IMG/VR virus record: IMGVR_UViG_3300030331_005246
Location: 1 to 62,224 of that record
DNA: 62,224 bases
DNA from: a virus
Taxonomy: Duplodnaviria > Caudoviricetes
Strand: one strand, 5' to 3'
The notes under the pieces: generated by a model
Databases searched by the model: none
The model's input: the letters and a program-made list of their open reading frames with translations, nothing else
What the model was told of the DNA's origin: nothing
Program-made: the position numbers and the translations under genes
In this document: piece after piece, positions 56,715-62,224 of the stretch
How positions within the stretch are numbered: position 1 is the stretch's first letter
Layout: each line of letters starts with the position of its first letter

Positions 56715-56948
56715 ATGAACATTACTGTCCAAACAACAGGTCTTAAACCTGATTCAATGATTTACGATCTCAGACTTGATCGTGATGAATTCAAAGCTTT
56801 GTACTTTACTCTTGTAAGGTATCTTGAATCCCAGGATCCTAATGATGAGATTGACTTCCATAATGGCTACAAAATGTTTAAAGATATACACACTAGAAAG
56901 ACGGCGTATATATTAAGACACCTTGAATTAATAGGTGCCAAAGAATAG
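56715..56948 (+). CDS. early hypothetical protein
   Basis: ORF track. Confidence 0.6.
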   Translation: MNITVQTTGLKPDSMIYDLRLDRDEFKALYFTLVRYLESQDPNDEIDFHNGYKMFKDIHTRKTAYILRHLELIGAKE

Positions 56949-57053
56949 ATTAACTAACACAGCTATGCCTGGGCAGCACATCGTGCGTAAGTCCCAGGCT
57001 TTGTTGTAGTTATTTATATAAGTATTTCTTATGTCCCGCTACTTGTTTTAGCT

Positions 57054-57419
57054 ATGTCAATTCAGTTTCCATTGTATCGACTTCTCTATACCGAGAAGCT
57101 TGATCCTCCACATGACCATGTCACCAGATATCACACAATCGAGTGGTATCAAACCGACAAAGAAGCTCAATCAGCTGCCAAACGTTGGAACAAGAACCAC
57201 AGATACCACACCTCTGGGGTTCAGGCATGGCATGAAGCTGACTTCAAAGCTGAGTACAAACAATTCCAGGACGACTTCGATCCCTCACCCCAGGTCTACG
57301 ACGACTGGGCATCATGCCCTGACTACGACTCCTGGTTATACGACTGGATCGATGAGCGTAAGTATTACCACTTTGAACCTGCAGCACCACAATCACAACA
57401 ACTCACCAAACAATCATGA
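57054..57419 (+). CDS. early hypothetical protein
   Basis: ORF track. Confidence 0.6.
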   Translation: MSIQFPLYRLLYTEKLDPPHDHVTRYHTIEWYQTDKEAQSAAKRWNKNHRYHTSGVQAWHEADFKAEYKQFQDDFDPSPQVYDDWASCPDYDSWLYDWIDERKYYHFEPAAPQSQQLTKQS

Positions 57420-57588
57420 AAGTCTTCATTAATTTCTCCACAGATAACGCTGCGTTCGATCGACCAGATGATTACGCAGAGTTTGAACGCATCATGGAAG
57501 AACTCAAGACCACAATTAGCCATAACAACAGTGGTGTTATCCACGATATCAATGGCAACAAGATTGGACTATGGAGTTGGGTTGACTC

Positions 57589-57810
57589 ATGAAATACAAA
57601 CCCCATTTCGACATGCTTACAGCACGTGAGCAATTAATCGTAGACATGAACTTCATCGTTGAAGACATTACGTATGGCGCACTCAGTCCAAGCGAAATGA
57701 ATACTTTAACTCGCAAACTTTGTGATGCGGTGTACAAACACTTACCTACACCAACAGTGCCATGTGGCACTGAAATAATTTATTGGCGTTTTGTTGACTT
57801 ACCTAATTGA
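57589..57810 (+). CDS. early hypothetical protein, paralog of 57814..58002
   Basis: KPHFD.L.A.EQL...LTRKLCDAVYK..PTPT shared. Confidence 0.7.
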   Translation: MKYKPHFDMLTAREQLIVDMNFIVEDITYGALSPSEMNTLTRKLCDAVYKHLPTPTVPCGTEIIYWRFVDLPN

Positions 57811-57813
57811 CCC

Positions 57814-58002
57814 ATGGAAAACAAACCTCACTTCGACAACCTGAGAGCATGCGAGCAACTAATGGAAGACATTGAATCCATCATTGAAAACTTTTGGTAT
57901 GCGACCTGGCCTGAAGGTCAATTTCTAGAAGATAGAAATGACTTGACCCGCAAGCTTTGCGATGCCGTTTACAAAAACTATCCCACCCCAACACCTGATT
58001 GA
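57814..58002 (+). CDS. early hypothetical protein, paralog of 57589..57810
   Basis: Shared motifs with the upstream gene. Confidence 0.7.
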   Translation: MENKPHFDNLRACEQLMEDIESIIENFWYATWPEGQFLEDRNDLTRKLCDAVYKNYPTPTPD

Positions 58003-58005
58003 CCC

Positions 58006-58233
58006 ATGATTGAACTCAACGGCTTTTGCACTGATGAACCCTTCACATTTGACGAGGGCATGACAGAGGAAGACTTTAGATCTGAGGTCATCAAGTGTCT
58101 CCAAAATCAAAGAGATGATCTTGATACTTTGTTTAATGCATTTGTTCTTATGGCAAATATGGCCGATCTTGACCCCCATGCGCTGTTCCAAGCAGCAAAG
58201 CTCATTCAAAGAGACATCTCCACACCTGATTGA
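58006..58233 (+). CDS. early hypothetical protein
   Basis: Flanked by CACACCTGATTGACC(C/T)ATG junctions. Confidence 0.65.
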   Translation: MIELNGFCTDEPFTFDEGMTEEDFRSEVIKCLQNQRDDLDTLFNAFVLMANMADLDPHALFQAAKLIQRDISTPD

Positions 58234-58236
58234 CCT

Positions 58237-58419
58237 ATGAACCACGAAAACCGTGACACCCTCATCTACAACTACGCAACGCAGGTTGTTGATGACATGG
58301 ACTTCAAAGATCTCTGCGTTTTTGCAGTCGAGACAATTGAGAAAAACATGGAAAGCTACAGCGATGAAGAAGTCATCACTGAAATCAAGGACCACTATCC
58401 ACACTTACTTGAGGATTGA
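58237..58419 (+). CDS. early acidic hypothetical protein
   Basis: YATQVVDDMDFKDL...YSDEEVITEIKDHYPHLLED. Confidence 0.65.
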   Translation: MNHENRDTLIYNYATQVVDDMDFKDLCVFAVETIEKNMESYSDEEVITEIKDHYPHLLED

Positions 58420-58543
58420 CCCATGACCTACCGTAGGTCTTATTAAAGGTTTAGGTGATTCCCTTTAATAAGAAAACTTCTTATTAAAGTTTTGCCCGTT
58501 ACTCCAGTTTAGGAGCAATCGAGCCTCACGATTAATCCAATCA

Positions 58544-58585
58544 AGTCCTGAGCATGACTTTAAACTGCTTACTACTCAACTCAAC
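58544..58585 (+). ncRNA. family-B pseudoknot element, copy B3
   Basis: AGTC-CTGAGCAT-GACT-TTAAAC-TGCTTA-CTACTCAACTCAAC. Confidence 0.8.
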
Positions 58586-58598
58586 TTGTTTCTAACTC

Positions 58599-58772
58599 AT
58601 GAAACATTTCAAAGTCGTTTACGAACAGCACCTATGGGTTGATGGCCATGGCTACTCAACCAGCAGGCGTTTTCAAGACATTTACGCCAAAGACATGGAC
58701 CACGCCCTAGGTAAATGGTCAGTCATGCAGCTTGACAACCAATCACTGATGTTTATCATCGAACAACCCTAA
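58599..58772 (+). CDS. early hypothetical protein (57 aa)
   Basis: Read manually; fills the B3-B4 interval. Confidence 0.6.
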   Translation: MKHFKVVYEQHLWVDGHGYSTSRRFQDIYAKDMDHALGKWSVMQLDNQSLMFIIEQP

Positions 58773-58777
58773 TCAAT

Positions 58778-58819
58778 AGTCCTGAGCATGACTATAAACT
58801 GCTCACTACTCAACTCAAC
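58778..58819 (+). ncRNA. family-B pseudoknot element, copy B4
   Basis: AGTC-CTGAGCAT-GACT-ATAAAC-TGCTCA-CTACTCAACTCAAC. Confidence 0.8.
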
Positions 58820-58839
58820 TTGGTTCTAACTATTGACCC

Positions 58840-59019
58840 ATGACCAAACGACAATTCCCCTTGATGCTCAATGAGGAGCAAGCCGAGTTTGTGCATAACG
58901 CTGTCTGCGGTGTCCCCGACGATCAACGCAAGGACGGCGACGAGGAGGTTCTCGGTTACCTACTCGAAGAACTCGACATAATCCTTTGCCGTGTTCAACT
59001 CTCTGATCCCTTTGATTGA
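58840..59019 (+). CDS. early hypothetical protein (59 aa)
   Basis: Read manually: MTKRQFPLMLNEEQAEFV... Confidence 0.6.
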   Translation: MTKRQFPLMLNEEQAEFVHNAVCGVPDDQRKDGDEEVLGYLLEELDIILCRVQLSDPFD

Positions 59020-59022
59020 CTT

Positions 59023-59214
59023 ATGGACTACACACTCACAGACAAACAACGCATCCTTATCGTCAACGCATTGAAAAAATACCATGCGTGGCTTGGTATA
59101 AGAGCGGAGCAAGCCTTGTACGAGAAAAACCAAGATGAAATCCTTTGGCTCATTGATCTTATTGATCTAAACCAATACATCACGCTATCAGATTCACGAC
59201 CCACACCTGATTGA
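59023..59214 (+). CDS. early hypothetical protein
   Basis: MDYTLTDKQRILIVNAL. Confidence 0.65.
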   Translation: MDYTLTDKQRILIVNALKKYHAWLGIRAEQALYEKNQDEILWLIDLIDLNQYITLSDSRPTPD

Positions 59215-59217
59215 CCT

Positions 59218-59388
59218 ATGGACTACACACTCACAGAAAGACAATGCGGAATGATCATCAACGCATTAAACATTTATGTCGACAACTGTCCACGTTCATA
59301 CATACAAGAAGTCGAAACAATCATTGAGCTTCTTGATGACGAAGTTCATGCTCACTACCACGGCATTAAATTCGCCACACTTAACTAA
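59218..59388 (+). CDS. early hypothetical protein, paralog of 59023..59214
   Basis: MDYTLTERQCGMIINAL, read manually. Confidence 0.6.
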   Translation: MDYTLTERQCGMIINALNIYVDNCPRSYIQEVETIIELLDDEVHAHYHGIKFATLN

Positions 59389-59396
59389 CAACAACC

Positions 59397-59600
59397 ATGC
59401 CAACTACCAGAGTTTACGTTTGCGTCGATGCTGCTCATCAATCAATTGAACTTCAATCAGACAATGGCACCGACGCAATAGAAGATGCAGGCCTAGAAAT
59501 TGTCAGTGACATTACTGATGATTGTGCTGGTGATTTCAGTGACATCCTGACACTGGAACAATTGCTATCTTCTGAATCTAACTTCGTTCCTCACGATTAA
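59397..59600 (+). CDS. early hypothetical protein
   Basis: ORF track. Confidence 0.55.
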   Translation: MPTTRVYVCVDAAHQSIELQSDNGTDAIEDAGLEIVSDITDDCAGDFSDILTLEQLLSSESNFVPHD

Positions 59601-59604
59601 TCTA

Positions 59605-59859
59605 ATGAAATTTTCTGATCTTCACTTCAAACCAATGAAACATACGCGAGCAGGCCAACAAGCCAAGCATAGATTCAGTAATGGTTGGTCGATCTCAATC
59701 ATTACTGGGTGTGGCTGGATGTATACGTCACCTAACAGTCCTTATGAAGTTGCAGTTATTAAACCAACAGGTGAATTCTTAAACGATGATGTTCTTAGTC
59801 ATCAAAGCAAAGAAGACATTGATGCTCTTTTGAAAAAGGTAGGTAATATCCCTACTTAA
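59605..59859 (+). CDS. conserved phage hypothetical protein
   Basis: MKFSDLHF...FSNGWSISII...YEVAVI. Confidence 0.7.
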   Translation: MKFSDLHFKPMKHTRAGQQAKHRFSNGWSISIITGCGWMYTSPNSPYEVAVIKPTGEFLNDDVLSHQSKEDIDALLKKVGNIPT

Positions 59860-59864
59860 TCAAT

Positions 59865-59906
59865 AGTCCTGAGCATGACTTTAAACTGCTCACTACTCAA
59901 CTCAAC
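59865..59906 (+). ncRNA. family-B pseudoknot element, copy B5
   Basis: AGTC-CTGAGCAT-GACT-TTAAAC-TGCTCA-CTACTCAACTCAAC. Confidence 0.8.
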
Positions 59907-59918
59907 TTGTTTCTAGCT

Positions 59919-60395
59919 ATGGGCCTCGACATGTACCTCAAAGGTGTCAAGTACTTTACTACTTGCACCCATGAACACGAAGCTGGTGTTGGCTTCGTCA
60001 GTAAGATCAACCCACTCTACCAGTCAATCGCTGAACATTTTGACATCGAATGCGACGATGAGTTAGGCGTTGGTGAAATCCACATGCCAGTCATGTACTG
60101 GCGCAAGGCCAACCAAATTCACAAATGGTTTGTTGACAACACTCAAGGTGGTGAAGACAAGAATTGTGAGCCAACTCCTGTCAGCAAAGAACAGCTTCAA
60201 CAATTGCTTGATGATGTCACCTTTGTGCTCGAGCACAAAGATCCATCAGTGCTGCCAACCCAATCTGGATTTTTCTTTGGCAGCACTGACATTGATGATT
60301 ACTATTGGGAAGACTTGAACAACACACGTTCAGCTCTAGAAAAACTATTGAAAGCTGATAAGTTTGAAAGCTTCATCTATCAGTCTTCCTGGTAA
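59919..60395 (+). CDS. conserved phage hypothetical protein (MGLDMYL...YWRKANQIHKWF family)
   Basis: MGLDMYL, YWRKANQIHKWF, LPTQSGFFFG, YQSSW. Confidence 0.8.
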   Translation: MGLDMYLKGVKYFTTCTHEHEAGVGFVSKINPLYQSIAEHFDIECDDELGVGEIHMPVMYWRKANQIHKWFVDNTQGGEDKNCEPTPVSKEQLQQLLDDVTFVLEHKDPSVLPTQSGFFFGSTDIDDYYWEDLNNTRSALEKLLKADKFESFIYQSSW

Positions 60396-60404
60396 TACCT
60401 CTCA

Positions 60405-60446
60405 CGTCCTGAGCATGACTTTAAACTGCTCACTACTCAACTCAAC
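60405..60446 (+). ncRNA. family-B pseudoknot element, copy B6
   Basis: (C)GTC-CTGAGCAT-GAC(T)-TTAAAC-TGCTCA-CTACTCAACTCAAC. Confidence 0.8.
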
Positions 60447-60458
60447 TTGTTTCTAACC

Positions 60459-60983
60459 ATGGGTGAATACTGCTACCGACTGGCTGACAGACAGTCAGTC
60501 AAGATGGGTACATGCGCTGACATGTACTACCTCAGATTTGAAGACATGGCTGATGTAGAACCAGAAGAAGGTTCATCGTTTGGCTCACGCTTCCGTCTAC
60601 CTTGGCCTGATGAAGACCAGTACTTGCCTGGTGACTACTGCGATGGACAAGCACAAGGTGGCTACAGAGAATGCGCTCTTGTTGGTGACAGAATTAATGG
60701 CAAACTTCGATTCTTCCAACCAGCACCAGAAGAAATGCGTGAGACAGGTCCTTTCTACAGACTCACTGCTGTTCGCTGGTATGACAATTGTCTTGTCCCT
60801 GTTGTCTCTAGCTACATGAAAGAAGATGATAGTCAATTCAATTACATGCAGAGATGGCGTGACACCTGGCCCAATGTCCTGCCATACATTGGCAGCACTG
60901 GAGTCAAACTAGAACTCAAAGGCAGGCTGTACATGTACAGCATCATTACCAATGTGACTCATGCATTTACTTATGCATCGTAA
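60459..60983 (+). CDS. early hypothetical protein
   Basis: MGEY...VKMGTCADMYYLRFED...RFRLPWPDED. Confidence 0.7.
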   Translation: MGEYCYRLADRQSVKMGTCADMYYLRFEDMADVEPEEGSSFGSRFRLPWPDEDQYLPGDYCDGQAQGGYRECALVGDRINGKLRFFQPAPEEMRETGPFYRLTAVRWYDNCLVPVVSSYMKEDDSQFNYMQRWRDTWPNVLPYIGSTGVKLELKGRLYMYSIITNVTHAFTYAS

Positions 60984-60992
60984 TTAATCTCA

Positions 60993-61032
60993 CGTCCTGA
61001 GCATGACTATAAACTGCTCATGTCAACTCAAC
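60993..61032 (+). ncRNA. family-B pseudoknot element, copy B7
   Basis: (C)GTC-CTGAGCAT-GAC(T)-ATAAAC-TGCTCA-TGTCAACTCAAC. Confidence 0.8.
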
Positions 61033-61042
61033 TCTACTTGTT

Positions 61043-61780
61043 ATGATCAACAACATCGATGCAATCAAATCCAAGATTGCCAAACTGTTGCGTATGCAGA
61101 CCTCAGGTAATGCCAACGAGGCTGCCAATGCTGCTGCCAAGGTGCACCAACTCTGTCAAGAGTATGGCCTCTCACCTGATCACATCGATCCCAACGCAGA
61201 CTCAACAGCACACCAACCCACCCATTGGTTCATGAATTTCATGGGTAAACGTTGCAACGCTGAGCAAACAATGCTGCTAGATGGCATTGTTAAATACTTC
61301 AATGGCAAAATAATTCTCAATGATCATGAGGGTCAAAAATGTTGTGAAGTATTTGCCAGTGAAGGCAGACGCATTGAAATCGAGATTTACTTTGAGTATC
61401 TCATTGAGACCATGACCAAACAGGCTGATGAAACCAGAGAGGAAAGAGATCCCTACCACGAAGACCCTACCTTCAAACGTAACTTCCGCAAAGGCTTTGC
61501 CGAGAAAGTTCAACGCAGGTTAATTGACATGCGTAAAGAAGAACAGATCGAAGCGGAAGACAACAACCACCAGGAAGCACTCGTTGCTCTCAGCCGTGGC
61601 AAGCAAGAGTTTACTCGTAATCTAGACTTGCTCAAACGCACCCATCCCAGACTCAAAAAGAGTAGTGGGTGGACTAATTCCCATGGCAATGGTGGCAGCA
61701 GCGGCAGAGCTGCTGGCTCACGTGTTGGACTCAACCGCCAAATGGCCAAAGGCAGCTCACGTCAGCTGAAAGGTTACTGA
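61043..61780 (+). CDS. DUF2786-domain protein
   Basis: IKSKIAKLLRM..SGNANEAANAAAKVHQLCQEYGL N-terminal domain; FRKGFAEKVQRRL; GRAAGSRVGLNRQM C-terminus. Confidence 0.8.
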   Translation: MINNIDAIKSKIAKLLRMQTSGNANEAANAAAKVHQLCQEYGLSPDHIDPNADSTAHQPTHWFMNFMGKRCNAEQTMLLDGIVKYFNGKIILNDHEGQKCCEVFASEGRRIEIEIYFEYLIETMTKQADETREERDPYHEDPTFKRNFRKGFAEKVQRRLIDMRKEEQIEAEDNNHQEALVALSRGKQEFTRNLDLLKRTHPRLKKSSGWTNSHGNGGSSGRAAGSRVGLNRQMAKGSSRQLKGY

Positions 61781-61786
61781 TGACAT

Positions 61787-61829
61787 CGTCCTGGACATGA
61801 CGTTAAACTGTCTACATACTCAACTCAAC
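61787..61829 (+). ncRNA. family-B pseudoknot element, copy B8 (covariant)
   Basis: CGTC-CTGGACAT-GACG-TTAAAC-TGTCTA-CATACTCAACTCAAC. Confidence 0.8.
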
Positions 61830-61834
61830 TTGTT

Positions 61835-62155
61835 ATGACTTCATCAATTGACATGACTTCATCAATTACGACCTATGACATGCTGCTTCTTCTTATTGAA
61901 CAAGAGAAAGAAGCATACCGAAAACTACTTGGCAATGTTGGATATCCTTTACATGCTGATGACAAGACTCTGTTGTTTGAATTGTTTCTCGATGACAAGT
62001 ATACAAAGTTTGTCATGAGACTCAGCTATACACCAATGGATGGTGAGTCTGGTAGGCCATATCACAGACTCAAATGCACCATGACACTTAATGGCAAGCC
62101 TATCAGTTTAACTGCTCTCAAACTTATCGCTTGCACGGAGAAACTCAATGGCTAA
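61835..62155 (+). CDS. early hypothetical protein
   Basis: ORF track; follows element B8. Confidence 0.6.
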   Translation: MTSSIDMTSSITTYDMLLLLIEQEKEAYRKLLGNVGYPLHADDKTLLFELFLDDKYTKFVMRLSYTPMDGESGRPYHRLKCTMTLNGKPISLTALKLIACTEKLNG

Positions 62156-62224
62156 AGATCCTAATGACTTCAACTTCCGCAAAGAAGTTGCTGGCTTCAA
62201 TATCACTGGTGAGTTCCCTTATGT

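Noticed and set aside
54708-61829. Family-B repeats as a CRISPR array
   Set aside because: Intervals are 200-2800 bp, irregular and protein-coding; no cas genes are present.
54708-61829. Family B as hammerhead or pistol ribozymes
   Set aside because: The CTGA is not followed by the hammerhead NGA...GAAA core, and the pistol P2/P3 stems and cleavage-site strand are absent. Self-cleavage remains untested.
53040-62155. Integron with attC sites
   Set aside because: The repeats lack RYYYAAC...GTTRRRY ends, and no intact IntI-type integrase is in the window.

Overview
This window is a 62 kb segment of a tailed dsDNA bacteriophage, most likely an uncultured cyanophage. That host call is an inference from a CP12-like mini-gene, cyanobacterial-type integrase-like and HTH genes, and genes preceded by -10-only boxes without SD sequences. 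From left to right it contains: a Prim-Pol/D5-SF3 primase-helicase and a GT4 glycosyltransferase; tail-fibre genes with GH19 and GH24 lysins and HNH endonucleases; a small DNA-metabolism block (HTH, Dam-like MTase, dcd, DUF3310-like); a long minus-strand virion and packaging block (lytic transglycosylase, major capsid, scaffold-like protein, portal, terminase large subunit, many Gly/Ala-rich putative internal virion proteins); a non-coding strand switch at about 52.4-53.0 kb; and a plus-strand early-type region of about 30 small ORFs. The most striking feature is in that last region, where the small genes are separated by two families of repeated non-coding elements whose copies show compensatory base changes. 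Family A (5 copies, 53.26-54.47 kb) is a tRNA-elbow-like three-way junction that starts at the upstream stop codon and is followed by an H-type pseudoknot. Family B (8 clear copies plus 1 degenerate) is a compact GTC-CTGAGCAT-GAC-TTTAAAC-TGCTCA pseudoknot followed by a CTCAACTCAAC leader. Together these suggest an RNA-structure-punctuated gene-cassette array. No true tRNA, rRNA or CRISPR array was seen. All protein family calls come from motif recognition by eye, not from database searches.
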